From the NCBI GenBank assembly GCA_010093745.1, contig MU006010.1, forward strand, positions 62,001 through 103,988: a stretch of DNA of 41,988 nt, given 5' to 3'. Both the position numbers and the translations under genes were made by a program. Origin of the DNA: Piedraia hortae CBS 480.64 (Eukaryota). Positions 31,554-41,988 of this stretch are shown here, in pieces. The notes beneath the pieces are model-generated. The model saw only the letters and a program-made list of their open reading frames with translations. It was not told where the DNA came from and did no database searches. Position 1 is the first letter of the stretch. Every line of letters starts with the position of its first letter.

Positions 31554-31735
31554 TGAGTATGAATTTGAATGAAGTGGAAGGAGGAGGGGAAAACTGGTCA
31601 ACCAGTCAAAGGGAGTTGGCGGCAACAATGATTTACAAACACCCGTAGGGGCGGATGTCTCAATGGCCGAGTCGGGTTGTCTTTGATGTTGAGGTTTGGT
31701 CGTTGGACTGGGAAAACATGTGTTCGGGACTTGAC

Positions 31736-31742
31736 TGTTTCA
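31736..31742 (-). promoter_or_regulatory. Perfect Ste12-type pheromone response element TGAAACA upstream of STE2
   Basis: Plus-strand TGTTTCA about 185 bp upstream of the STE2 ATG. It is a single 7-mer, so function is inferred. Confidence 0.35.
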
Positions 31743-31944
31743 ATTGATTGTGGAGTGGGGCAAGACCCACTTCGCGGAGTTTTGCACCATATCGAGCAAT
31801 GTTGGACCTCCGCTTAAACAGCACTAACTTTTGAGCTTTTCGAGGTATCATCGTCGGCCGGATGTTGTTTTGGTGAAATGTGACTCACAAGACTTGGGCA
31901 CATTTATTTCTCGGGTGGATCAAGTCTCGTCTCATGCTGCCCCA

Positions 31945-31962
31945 CAAAGCCAAAGCCAAAGC
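31945..31962. repeat. (CAAAGC)3 hexamer repeat, equal to three CAAAG cores
   Basis: acaaagccaaagccaaagccaag, about 390 bp upstream of the STE2 ATG. Confidence 0.85.
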
Positions 31963-32281
31963 CAAGCAAGCTCCACTTTACACGAGGTGCCAAAATTGTG
32001 AGTAAAAGAATCAGAAACTGGATTAGAGAGTTTTTGTGCTTCTCTGAAAGGGTTTTATCGTTTACAACTAGTTGGAAAATGTAGGTTCAAGGACCCAAGA
32101 GAGCAGGTTAGATGGATCAATCCTGGCTGAGACTGCTGATGATATAGGGTAATTAAAGATGGCGAGTAATAGGTGTGTGCTCTTCTTTCGCTTTTGATCT
32201 TAGTGGAGAGAATCACCCGTAATCGGATGATTGTCACCCATGCTTGTTCCAACTTTCACGCATCTGAACATGTCGCCATAG

Positions 32282-32569
32282 TTAATACCCTTCGACCTCG
32301 ATCTTGACAATCTCTCGACCAGGCACAACAATCAATCCAACGAACCTTTTGCTCTTTTCCCCTGTATCTGCGTCCTTTCTGATTTCCTGTGCGATTGACA
32401 GTATGGTATTCAACTCGCCATCCGTACACTTGAAGTCACCGATGAATATGCGCCCGTCTTTCGTTTCAATGTGGAGTTTCTTATCAAGATATTGCGCAAT
32501 GAATGCTTTACCATTGACTGCTTCAGGGGCGGGGGCTTCTGCTTGCGCTACACTTGTGGAGTGAGCCAT
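32282..32569 (-). CDS. MAK31: LSM-domain protein, NatC auxiliary subunit Mak31/Naa38-like
   Basis: Sm1 motif YLDKKLHIETKDGRIFIGDFKCTD..NTILS and Sm2 motif RFVGLIVVPGREIVKIEVE. Confidence 0.82.
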   Translation of the reverse strand: MAHSTSVAQAEAPAPEAVNGKAFIAQYLDKKLHIETKDGRIFIGDFKCTDGELNTILSIAQEIRKDADTGEKSKRFVGLIVVPGREIVKIEVEGY

Positions 32570-33445
32570 GATCCCTCATGGATCAGTGGAACAATCGTTA
32601 GCAGCTTGTAACCTGGCCAATACAAGGCGAGCAATCGGTTCCTTGGATGCATCTTTTCAAAGATGCGAAGTTGGACGTGTCATTGTGCGGAAACCTTCCG
32701 CTATGCAGTCATCCCAAAATTTCTATATTCGCACTTGAACAATTTTTCGAACAATTTTCTAAGCTTAGTTGACAACGCGACGATAATTTTCAAATTAGCC
32801 GGCTCATGTCTCTACCCCTATCGCGTGAGGACGGTTTATGCAGCAAATTTTCCTCGTCCCAATTAATACAGTAATCATATCGAAGTGGCTGTCATATTGA
32901 ACAGGGGCAATCTGTTCGGGCATGGACTTGTCCAAAGATTTTGAACACAGAATTATCATCTCATATGCATGCGTGGTTTCTCGTGGTGCATATGCACCAG
33001 CACGCAGTTACATGACCTCGCCCATTATCCTCAGGGAATGCAGCTGTTGGTAGTAGAGGCGGTGAGGCAATGCTTTCATGCGAGCCAGCAATCATTCGGA
33101 GCTCGACATATGAAAGGCAAGGACATGGATTTCATCCAGCAACAAAGGCTAGCAGGTCTATGTATCTGATAAAGTCGAGTCATTCGAGAGTTGGGTCTCT
33201 GCATGTAGCAGAAAGAAGTCAGTAAGATGAAGGCCTGTACTTTATTCCAAACAGATTGTTATCGGCTTCAGGCTAGACATCACTCCCGTGTGTTTCGTCT
33301 TAGCGCAAGTACGCTTTGCACTGCACTTTGGAAGTGACCTTGACTTGTGAACAAAACCTCTGCAACCTTATGTACGTACATACCAGACAAGTTGACCGAT
33401 CAAAACACAAAGAAAAATGTAGCATGCATCACGCGAATTATTGGT

Positions 33446-34996
33446 TCAAAACATATCGTCATCGGGCGAACTCCATGAAAAGTCGATTTTATCCTTTTCC
33501 TCCTTCTCTGCAACGGCAAGAGCAAGTTGGGCGGAGGTGGGACACTCCATCTCGCTTCCCGAGTCGCTCACACTGATGCTGAATCGAGAAACGAGTGGGT
33601 TGCGTTCTGTCTCACGCATGAGATGTTGAAATTTTTTTGGTGGAGGGCCTGGAGACATCGGCCCATTTGCAAGCATGCTATTCCTGGCAGAGCCGATGCG
33701 CATCTGGAAATGCAGATCACTGAGTTCGTTGCGCACATTGTCTAGTTCCATTTGGAGCTGGCGGCGTGCCGAGCGTTCGTTGGCGAGCATTTCGTAGAGG
33801 GCCCATATAGCTGGGTCAGTGGTGGGCCGCGCGTGACCAGGCGAGTGCCGCACTGGGCTGGAACTGCAACTGTCGCCCATGCCAACGGGAAGTAACGGAG
33901 CCATGGTGGGCGCTGCCGCCGACAATCGGTGTGCATGTCGAGGCCGTAGCGATGAAGTGGCCGAATGCGGCGTTTTGCATCTCATATGGCTGCCGGAGTG
34001 CTGGTTATAGAGCGATTCGGCCAATTGGCTGGGTGAGAGTGGGTGTGTGAAAGACGAATCTTCTTGTGGACTGGTCGATACCACAACCGTGTGCCTGTTT
34101 CTGTCGGCCTGGAGTCGCTTCAGGGAATGCTGAAAGGTGTCCAGACCCATTTCCAGCCTGGAAACTCGCTCTTCCAGATCCTGTGGCAACCCCGGCCCGG
34201 GGCCGGATGCAACTGGCACTTGGACGCCTACAGGTTTTCGCCCCGTTGAAGCCTTGTACTTTTGCTCTTGCTCTTGCTCCGCTGGAACTTCGTCCTCTTG
34301 ATTTAACACCGTTGGAAACTTGTCCTCCTGCTCCTGCTCCTGCTCCTGCTCTGGCTTGTTTCCCGACAGACTCTCTCGCCAGTATCGAATCTCATCGCTC
34401 CTTTTGCGTGACGGACTCGATGCATTCAAGTCTCCTGCGCTCCGCGATCGCACCTGGCTGTCCGTCTCATTGGCCTTGGCAGCCTCCAGGAGTTTCACAG
34501 GTGCCGATTCGTTTGTATGGCCTGACTCGGCCACCGATGGCCGCCGCGGCGACAGACCGCCTGTGACAAACGGATTTTGCAAGTTGAGCGGCTTCAACCG
34601 AGCGCTTTGGGGGAAGGCATAGGGCGAACCCGATGGTGGACGAGAGGCCGATCGGGCCGCAGCTACAGGGTCAACGATATCTATGCGCGGAGGCCTGGCT
34701 TTGGCCCTTCCCTTGGACATGGGCTGTGGAACGCTGGGCAGATGGCGAATTGTGGGCGACGGCGGCCGTGACTGGGCCATGCTCATCCGCTGGCCACAGA
34801 AAATCTTCCGCACCGTGTTCCGCAACAGGCGATTCTTGGTCTCGCCATCGTCGTCCGACGGCGACTTCCATCGATCCTTGGACAGAGGCCGCGTAACATT
34901 CTGCCCGCCGTCTACTGGCCGGTTCCATAAAGGACCGCCTGCGCTGTCTAGGCGATTGTCGTCGACTCTCGTCGCTATTGGCCCGCCGTCGGTCAT
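33446..34996 (-). CDS. Hypothetical low-complexity protein with two predicted coiled-coil segments
   Basis: Long S/P/R-rich ORF with an EQ repeat encoded by (CTCCTG)4 at 34325-34348. Heptad-like segments LEERVSRLE and LYEMLANERSARRQLQMELDNVRNELSDL. Start uncertain. Confidence 0.75.
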   Translation of the reverse strand: MTDGGPIATRVDDNRLDSAGGPLWNRPVDGGQNVTRPLSKDRWKSPSDDDGETKNRLLRNTVRKIFCGQRMSMAQSRPPSPTIRHLPSVPQPMSKGRAKARPPRIDIVDPVAAARSASRPPSGSPYAFPQSARLKPLNLQNPFVTGGLSPRRPSVAESGHTNESAPVKLLEAAKANETDSQVRSRSAGDLNASSPSRKRSDEIRYWRESLSGNKPEQEQEQEQEDKFPTVLNQEDEVPAEQEQEQKYKASTGRKPVGVQVPVASGPGPGLPQDLEERVSRLEMGLDTFQHSLKRLQADRNRHTVVVSTSPQEDSSFTHPLSPSQLAESLYNQHSGSHMRCKTPHSATSSLRPRHAHRLSAAAPTMAPLLPVGMGDSCSSSPVRHSPGHARPTTDPAIWALYEMLANERSARRQLQMELDNVRNELSDLHFQMRIGSARNSMLANGPMSPGPPPKKFQHLMRETERNPLVSRFSISVSDSGSEMECPTSAQLALAVAEKEEKDKIDFSWSSPDDDMF

Positions 34997-35354
34997 GCTG
35001 CGATCAAAAGCCCCCCGTAAAGACACCACACTCACACCCAAAGTCAAACGATGCTAAAGATCTGCAAGAACCCCCACATGAATCGAACCCAGGGGGCGCG
35101 GTGGGGCCTTTGCCGCTCGTCTTCGGGAGGGCTAGTTTAAACGTCGCCATCCCGAGCGTCATATTGCCCGCTGTCGGCGGCTGCCAGGGACCATGTCCAG
35201 GCCCCTGACAACTCGAACGGCGGACGAGCGCGAGACGATCGGTTTTGGAAGCCAGGTCGTCTTCCCCAGGTCGTTTGCTGTGGCCGATGTGATCAAACGT
35301 TAATGGCCGGTCCTGAAATGCCGAGAAAAGGGACGTGCGGGCTGCCCTGGCCGT

Positions 35355-37561
35355 TTAGGTGTCGGGCTGCCCGAGATCAGCCAGGTTGGGGTACCTTAGA
35401 TCCGCATGTTCTTCTAGAAAACCAATCCATGCTTTGAGGAAGGATGAGCCCCTGGTCTGGTCAGCCTCGGCTTCATTTCTTACCTTACCATCTAATGGAT
35501 ACATATGCACTTACCGGCTGACCGTTTCCGAGTCTCCAATCACACAGAGGTGTCGCCTGGGTCGTGTCATGGCCACTGAGCAGTCAGTGGAGCTCGACAT
35601 GTAGCATGTAGGACGATGGCTCACCGTTCAGCCGTCGCTTCTCGCCCAAAAAGCCCACCTCACCTTCTGAGTTGCTACGCACCAGGCTGACAATCACCGC
35701 TTCCTTTTCCCGCCCCTGGAAGCCATCCACGCTGCCGAGTTCAATGCCGGGATAGCGTTCCTTGAGCATCGACGATAGCAACCCAAGCTGACCGTTATAG
35801 GGCGTTACAACAGCGATGTCTTCTGCCCTGACGCCGGCCCCTATCAAATTAGCTACTTGCAACCGCGCCAGGGCTGCTTCTTGTTCGTTGACCTTGCTTT
35901 CCGCCAATAACTGACCCTTGGTGAGTTCGTCACTATCGCTCTCCGCCTGTTCCGGAAAGTCGCCGCCCTGCGTGTCCCAAAAGACGAGCGGCTCCTTTGT
36001 GTCTTCCGAGTCTTGGACTGCATATGGCAGGCCGTTGAGCAGACGATCTTTGACAGAAGCTGCCGCCACCAGCCTGTCCTCATAAAGCGCGGCCGAAGGG
36101 AAAGCCATGATTTGCTGATGCATCCGATATTGCATGGTCAACATGCACTTGATGGTATTCCCATATAGGCTTAGCAGACGGTCAAACAGCGTCGTTTCCA
36201 GCGTTCCCATTTTGTTCTTCAAACGGCTTGTCTTCCTATTTAGGGACAGCGATTTGATAGTGGGGGGCAGCTGCAGATGATCACCAGCCAGAACCAATTT
36301 TGGTGCGCCGCTGGCAATGATTGGGATCCAGCACTGAGCCTCCAGTGCCTGGCTCGCCTCGTCTACAATGATGACGTCGAATCTTTCGTTCTTGAGGTGG
36401 AAACTTCCAGCCCCATGCAGCGTACTCAGAGCGACTTTGCTGCTTCTCAGCAGATCGCCCACAACTCGACTTTCACGTTGTCGAAGCTCCTTGCGAAGCT
36501 CCCTCATCTCGCCGTATATGGCTCTTCGCTCTTTCCCGTTCCGCGTCTTCCGAATAGAGGACTGTTTAGCGTCCATCTCAGCACGAATGCCAGATACAAT
36601 GGCCGCCGCGTCACTGGTCTTGGACAGAACATCCAGGCTGTGGTTCAGCACCGTTGGTAGCAATCGAGCTGGATGCCCCAAGCGAACCATTGAAACTTTG
36701 TGTGGTGACAGACGCTCGACGATGTTATCCACACTGATGTTGCTGGGCCCGCAGACGAGAAGACGTTGATCTCGTGCTATAAGCTGGCGGATGAGCTCCA
36801 CCAGAGTGTGAGTCTTACCAGTTCCCGGCGGTCCGTGAATAAGAGCTACCTCCCTACTTGCAAGTGCAAAGCGTATGGCTTCCTTCTGGCCGTCGTTGAG
36901 ATTTGGATCATACCATTGTATGCCACTTGCGAGGTCATCGATGCTCGCCGGCGTGGGATGGGTTCGTCCAAGAAGCACGTTGCTAAGCACACCGTACTCT
37001 GCCGACTCCATTTTTTGGAGGCGACTCATGGTATATGTGAGCCGTTTGTGAGTCACATCATTGGCTAGCTTAACTCTTGCTCAGATCAGTTTTGCAGCCC
37101 ATTACAATTTTTGCGCCAACTCACAGCCACAGTCTGCCTTCACACACCTGCATCGAGTCTGCGTGTTCTTCTTCTCGACTCAATGCCACCGTGATACTCT
37201 CCCGCTGAGCTTTAGTGATCACACCTTGGGCTGCTCCTTTCTCAATCACTGCACGTTCTGTTTTCCGCTCTCCGCCCCGTGGCTGCTGTGCCACGCTACA
37301 TATATCGCCCACGCGGAGCCCATGAGAAGGAAGTCCTTGGCCAGCCGCATTTGTAGCCGGATCCAATCCAAGCTCCAGCAGCGTTTTCCCACCCAAACCT
37401 GTACGATAAGAGATCACGTTGAGATTAAGAAGGGCAAGCCCTGCACGTTGTAGCACCAAAGGTGGATAACTCGACAGCAGAAGCCGGTTCTCAGCCTGTT
37501 CGGCCTGCAACTCGTCTTCCAGGAGAGAGAGCTGGTTGGTAGCGAATTTGGAAACGTCCAT
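35355..37561 (-). CDS. HCS1: SF1 (Upf1-like) DNA helicase Hcs1/SMUBP-2 (IGHMBP2)
   Basis: Motifs: LIHGPPGTGKT, PSNISVDN, RLGHPAR, VDEASQ, LAGDHLQLPP, QYRM, TPYNGQ, SVDGFQGREKE, RRLN|VAMTR. Introns at 37076-37124, 35576-35624 and 35452-35514; the last exon reads GSSFLKAWIGFLEEHADLRYP..TAA. Confidence 0.93.
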
Positions 37562-38041
37562 GGTTTCTTTCTTGGCAAACAGGTATACTGTTGCTTGTTG
37601 CGTTACACAACCCTACTTGGCCGAAAACTTGGTAGTTCGTTACGTTCAACAAGCCTTGTCTAAATTCTACTTATGAGCCTGCACACAGGAAAGGGAGCTG
37701 ATGTCTGGCGGAGCGGGCCGCACTGCAACCACGCTGGGCCTGATGACCAGAGTGGACTAGCTTGGCGAGTCAAGCCGAGCTGTCACTGTCGGCCCCTGTC
37801 TACCCCGCACCCCGCACACGTGCCTTCCAAACCAGTAACATGATTCGCGGGGCACTGGTGAGCTCGCTGCAGGAACGATGCGGGATGGCGACACCTTTCC
37901 ATCAAAACCAATCACGTGTGTTGAACCGCCACGCCAGCTCAACTATTCACGAGCAGATCTATTGAGCACACTCGACGTGGAACGCTGAAAGTCCGTCATA
38001 TTGAAGCAGACCACGGTACAGCAACCGGTCAGAGGTCAAGT

Positions 38042-39292
38042 ATGGATGAAAACCGCCTTGATGCCGACGTCCAGCAAGCTCTGGAGCGGGCGCTGCTCAG
38101 AGTACCCCATGAGCGGCTGAGACTAAACCTCAAGAGTGCACAGCGTCATATAGAGGTGGCCAAGACCCAAAAGACGTTTGCAGGGGACAAGGATGTCCTT
38201 CAAGCTGACCGGGCAGTTGAGATGATCGACGTTACTCTGGGAAAGGCTCGCACCCTGAAACAGAAGCTCGGATCATTGGTGCAAGAGGAGCAAAAACTGT
38301 GTAGCCAACAAAGAGCCAGGATTGAGCATTTGCAAGACCTCCACGCTATCTCCTCGGTTGCCGATCCCAGGTACGACGGATGGGCCCGTACCCGACTGAA
38401 CCGCCTACTGGTGGACCATATGCTTCGACTGGGTTATGTTGAGGCTGCGCAGAAAATGGCCCAAGAGACTGAAACTGAGAATTTAACAGATATCGACCTG
38501 TTTGTAGAAAGCAGCCGCATAGAAAAGAGCTTGCGAAAGGGGGAACTGAAGCCGTGTCTGGCATGGTGCACGGAACATAAACAGATGCTGAAGAAGTTGA
38601 AAGTGAGTGTTTCTGCCACTGCAACGCCGTTGACAGCTGACCCCAAGCAGAGCACCTTAGACCTGGACCTTCGACAACAGCAGCTGATTGAATCAGCCCG
38701 GAGTGGGGATTCATCAGTGCTGGTTGATGCTTTAAAGCACGCCCGTACGCACTTTTCATCCAAGTCTGCGCCCGGCGACCAGAAATTTGGACTCGAAGCT
38801 GGCGGTCTCCTTGCCCATTCTCCAGACATGGCAGTGCAACCTTATCACGGACTGTACTCCCCCAGTCGATATGCGGAGCTTGCCGACAAGTTTGTTCAGA
38901 CCCAGCTCGAGCTAGTGGGTGCTCTAGACGTGGCGCTCCTGCATCCAGTGCTGTTGTCAGGAATCAGCGCTCTCAAAACGCCCCAGTGCAGCAGTGCACG
39001 CCGCGAGATTAATAACACAAAGGCACTGAGCATGGCTGTCACCTCCAGCACGTGTCCAATCTGCTCACCAGAGCTAAATGAGCTTGCCCGACCGCTGCCC
39101 TTTGGACACCATGACAAAAGCCATGTCGACGAAGATCTTGTAGTGCTACCGAACGGCCGGGTGATCAATCATGGACGACTACAGCTGCTCAACCAAAAGC
39201 TCAAAGTACCGAAAGGCAAAATCAGAGACCCTTTTTCGACTACTGGCGAAGAGTGGATTGAGTCTGTCGTGCGGAAGGTATTCGTATTTTGA
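38042..39292 (+). CDS. FYV10: GID/CTLH E3-ligase subunit Fyv10 (Gid9/MAEA)
   Basis: LLRVPHE; LisH RLNRLLVDHMLRLGY; CTLH CLAWCTEHK; GISALKTPQC; CPICSPELNELARPLPFGHH; LVVLPNGRV. Probable in-frame 48-nt intron at 38603-38650. Confidence 0.9.
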   Translation: MDENRLDADVQQALERALLRVPHERLRLNLKSAQRHIEVAKTQKTFAGDKDVLQADRAVEMIDVTLGKARTLKQKLGSLVQEEQKLCSQQRARIEHLQDLHAISSVADPRYDGWARTRLNRLLVDHMLRLGYVEAAQKMAQETETENLTDIDLFVESSRIEKSLRKGELKPCLAWCTEHKQMLKKLKVSVSATATPLTADPKQSTLDLDLRQQQLIESARSGDSSVLVDALKHARTHFSSKSAPGDQKFGLEAGGLLAHSPDMAVQPYHGLYSPSRYAELADKFVQTQLELVGALDVALLHPVLLSGISALKTPQCSSARREINNTKALSMAVTSSTCPICSPELNELARPLPFGHHDKSHVDEDLVVLPNGRVINHGRLQLLNQKLKVPKGKIRDPFSTTGEEWIESVVRKVFVF

Positions 39293-39442
39293 CATGACAA
39301 GTCTGGGAAAAGAACACGCTACATAGCATAAAAATTCTCTGCTCTTATGCCTCTCGACAAGAATCACATGGACAAAGGAAGACTATCATGATGATAAGAT
39401 TTTTCAGTGTGTCAAAGAACATTTAGTTTGCATGACTCTGCC

Positions 39443-39846
39443 CTAAGTGGTGCTATCCGGCAGATACTGGTTCCCAGGAAGGTTCTCGTCTTTCACTTGA
39501 CCAACATCTCCCGTGCGCTTGACATGGCCTGATGTGGTACCAGAGCCCACGGCGACAGAGCTTGCGTCGCCCGTGTTGAAGGTGGATGCGGTCGGTGGAT
39601 TTTCCGGCAACGGCAGGTTCGCGCGGCGCTCTTCGATCAACTCCTCTTTACCTTGGGCCTGCTTGTCTACATACGACTGTTGTCACCAGTTAAAAATACC
39701 ATTTTTTATGGCGGGGTACAACTCACCTGCATAGCAGCGGCGGTCGAGTTTGCAGGCACCTCACCGTGGCGGTGACGAATGGACTCCTCATGCTCCAAGC
39801 GTCGGACATCCTCCTTTGTGATTTCCTTGCCGTGCAATCCAGTCAT
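39443..39846 (-). CDS. Small hydrophilic SMP/LEA-like stress protein
   Basis: Exon 1 reads MTGLHGKEITKEDVRRLEHEE..STAAAMQ. A 50-nt GTGAGT..CAG intron at 39677-39726 leads to exon 2, SYVDKQ..RRANLPLPENPPTASTFNTGD. Confidence 0.72.
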
Positions 39847-40045
39847 GATGTGGGTGTTGATGTGTGTGACGTGCAGAAAGATTATTTGCTTGGCGGGGTA
39901 CGACATGGCGTCACGCAAACAGCGGGGAGTTAAGCCATGATGTCATATTCGTGGGTCCGCCTTCAACCACCTTCGAGCGGGAAGGGGCGGTGAAACTATA
40001 GATGTAGTGCTGATGTTCTCTGGGCCATATGTAGTTAGTCTTAGG

Positions 40046-41353
40046 CTAAAGGCTGAACCAAATAAATGCACCGAATACTCCAGCACTCGCCGCAAAGAAA
40101 AAGTAGACATTTCCACCGAGCTCGGAGTGAAGAATCGGGAAAGACTGAGCAACCAAAAAGGTCGTAAGCCAATTCGCAGCCAGCGCCCAGCTCTGCACAG
40201 CGCTCACAGCCTCCGGCTCAACGAGTTCCGAAGCGAGTAAGAACGGAACAGGGCCCAGCCCCAGCGCAAAGGATGCTACAAAAACCAGCACAGCGATTGC
40301 TGAGAGAATGGAAATATATCGTGTCATTCCCACCGCGAGCAGTGTACTGCTTAACCCAGTCCCGAATATAGATATGAGAAGGCACTTTTTGCGACCGATT
40401 CGCTCGATAAGCGGCGCTGATGCGCTGGTTAGGAGAATGTTTAGGGCAGCCACGCCAAGATTGAGAAGCCCTGAACTGGCAGCCAAAATGTCAGACAAAA
40501 GACCCACTCCGTACATGATTATACTGTTTATGCCTGTAAGCTGTTGTGCAGCCATGATTGTCACAACTATAATCAAAGTCCGAAGGTAAGGGGGGCGTAG
40601 GACATCCAGAGCGGTGGAGGTTTTTGGAGGTTCAGGTGGCTCTTCCAGGAGCGGTTGTTCTTCGTCTGAGCAATTTTTCCAGGCACGAATCTCTGCTTCA
40701 ATGTCAGCTGAGGGCTCACGAATGCGCTGGAGAGCTGATTTCGCGTCCTCCAGTTTCCCGTTATCAGTCAACCAGCGCGGGCTTTCTGTCCCAAGGATCA
40801 TCAAAGCACCGCCCTGCATCAGACTAATCAGTCCTCCCACACCCAGAATTACCCTCCACAGCCCACCCCTCGAACAAAACAGTCCCAATAGTTGTGCCAA
40901 GAAAATGCCAACATTAACACCGATCTGAGTGAGTGCCCCGTAGAAGCCCTTTCTCCCGACTGGAGCAATCTCGGCAATGTAGATTGGCACTATCACAGTC
41001 GCAGCGCCAGCTCCGAGGCCAGATATTAGTCTTCCCGAAGCCATGACGGCTATACTGGGAGCCATCGCTTCCAATGCTGGTCCCAGCGTGGCAAAGAAGG
41101 CAGAGTATTTCATGCCCCAGAGCCGTCCGCTTCGACAAATCAGGGGACCCGCGCTTAGAGCTCCGATGAGACCACCGAGAGTAAAGATGGATGTAACCAG
41201 ACCAAATTGGAAAGCAGACATGGGGATGCAGTCTCCACTATCTTTGTTGGAGCGACAGCTGATGACATGTTGTGGAGCATTGAGCTCAGAAAGGTGATAG
41301 CCAAAGAGAAGAGGGCCTATAGTAGCGATGAGTAGGGAAGCAAGTAGAGCCAT
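40046..41353 (-). CDS. MFS sugar-porter family transporter (YBR241C/Vps73-like)
   Basis: Motifs: GPLLFGYHLSELNAP, GRLISGLGAG, PIYIAEIAP, ESPRWL, QQLTGINSI, IERIGRK, LGLGPVPFLLASEL, ANW; about 12 TM segments. Confidence 0.9.
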   Translation of the reverse strand: MALLASLLIATIGPLLFGYHLSELNAPQHVISCRSNKDSGDCIPMSAFQFGLVTSIFTLGGLIGALSAGPLICRSGRLWGMKYSAFFATLGPALEAMAPSIAVMASGRLISGLGAGAATVIVPIYIAEIAPVGRKGFYGALTQIGVNVGIFLAQLLGLFCSRGGLWRVILGVGGLISLMQGGALMILGTESPRWLTDNGKLEDAKSALQRIREPSADIEAEIRAWKNCSDEEQPLLEEPPEPPKTSTALDVLRPPYLRTLIIVVTIMAAQQLTGINSIIMYGVGLLSDILAASSGLLNLGVAALNILLTSASAPLIERIGRKKCLLISIFGTGLSSTLLAVGMTRYISILSAIAVLVFVASFALGLGPVPFLLASELVEPEAVSAVQSWALAANWLTTFLVAQSFPILHSELGGNVYFFFAASAGVFGAFIWFSL

Positions 41354-41540
41354 GGCGTCTCCGTTGATGGAGAAGGGAGGATGACGCCCCGAGGGTTGTA
41401 TATGTGTCTAATGCCACAACGTCACCTAGATAGGGGTACGTGGTGGTAAATAACTTCTGGAAATCCTAATCCGCCAAGAAGTCATATGCAGTACATGCAC
41501 ACGGCAGTGGATCACTTTCGCACCAAAAGATCCATTCGTC

Positions 41541-41988
41541 ATGGAAGTACGACCATCTGGCCGGCTGGTAGGTGGCGCTTACGCCCCTAAGCGCTTTCTA
41601 GAAGAGCAATACGAAGTCATTGGCTTCATTAGCTCAGGGACCTATGGGCGAGTATACAAGGCTCGGCAGAGGCATCAGTCGAAGTTTTATGCAATCAAAA
41701 AGTTCAAACCGGATAAAGAGGGCTCGCTACAGTATACGGGCATCTCGCAGTCAGGCGTACGCGAGATATCTCTTTGCACCGAACTAAAACACGAAAATGT
41801 AATTCATCTAGTTGAGATTTTGCTGGAGAGAAAGTGTATCTTTTTGGTGTTCGAATATGCAGAGCACGATCTGCTGCAGATGATTCACCATCACACAATG
41901 ATTTCCAGCCCAATCAATGCCAAGGTGATTAAAGCCATCATGTTTATTATAATTGTGAGCAGATGTGTACCTGCATACAAATCTCTAC
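41541..41988 (+). CDS. SSN3: Mediator kinase Ssn3/Srb10/CDK8, N-terminal part (runs off the window)
   Basis: From ATG 41541: YEVIGFISSGTYGRVYKA, YAIKKFKPDKEG, YTGISQSGVREISLCTEL, FLVFEYAEHDLLQMIHHH. It is absent from the ORF track because it has no stop. Confidence 0.93.
   Translation, partial: MEVRPSGRLVGGAYAPKRFLEEQYEVIGFISSGTYGRVYKARQRHQSKFYAIKKFKPDKEGSLQYTGISQSGVREISLCTELKHENVIHLVEILLERKCIFLVFEYAEHDLLQMIHHHTMISSPINAKVIKAIMFIIIVSRCVPAYKSL

Noticed and set aside
32800..33220. Minus-strand frame containing LLLDEIHVL (Walker B/DExH-like) with a few stops
   Set aside because: No other helicase or ATPase motifs nearby, and stop density is not clearly below random; probably chance.
35080..35089. 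Isolated Pol III B-box GGTTCGATTC on the minus strand
   Set aside because: No A-box, T-stem pairing or cloverleaf, so it is not a tRNA. An extra-TFIIIC site cannot be supported from one 10-mer.
37740..37790. CTGATGA followed by small hairpins, possible hammerhead ribozyme core
   Set aside because: There is no GAAA core segment or consistent three-helix junction.

Overview
This is eukaryotic DNA from a filamentous ascomycete (Pezizomycotina-like). It is gene-dense, with short GT-AG introns (mostly 43-63 nt, CTRAY-type branch sites) and many intronless genes. I find 21 protein-coding genes, mostly housekeeping: CDC14 (partial), a SET methyltransferase, a CsbD-like protein, NAD kinase, PRM10/ThrE, an acyl-CoA thioesterase, BUB3, an HSL-type hydrolase, BUD32, a secreted M28 leucine aminopeptidase, RRP3, REX3, PLC1, FAM32A, the STE2-type pheromone receptor, Mak31/Naa38, HCS1 helicase, FYV10, an SMP/LEA-like protein, a sugar-porter MFS and SSN3/CDK8 (partial), plus two conserved hypotheticals. 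There are two intron-containing tRNAs (Ala-TGC, Lys-TTT). These bracket an AT-richer ~3 kb island holding a decayed 5S rRNA copy and what looks like a heavily eroded GT8/GNT1-like glycosyltransferase pseudogene. The best unexplained signal is a ~225-250 nt multi-hairpin element between RRP3 and REX3 that looks like an unassigned structured RNA. Others are a double-length intron that parses as two abutting introns, and tandem CAAAG arrays upstream of the two pheromone-related genes. I see no transposase, CRISPR array, biosynthetic cluster or clearly new multi-gene system. All assignments come from reading motifs by eye, with no database searches.
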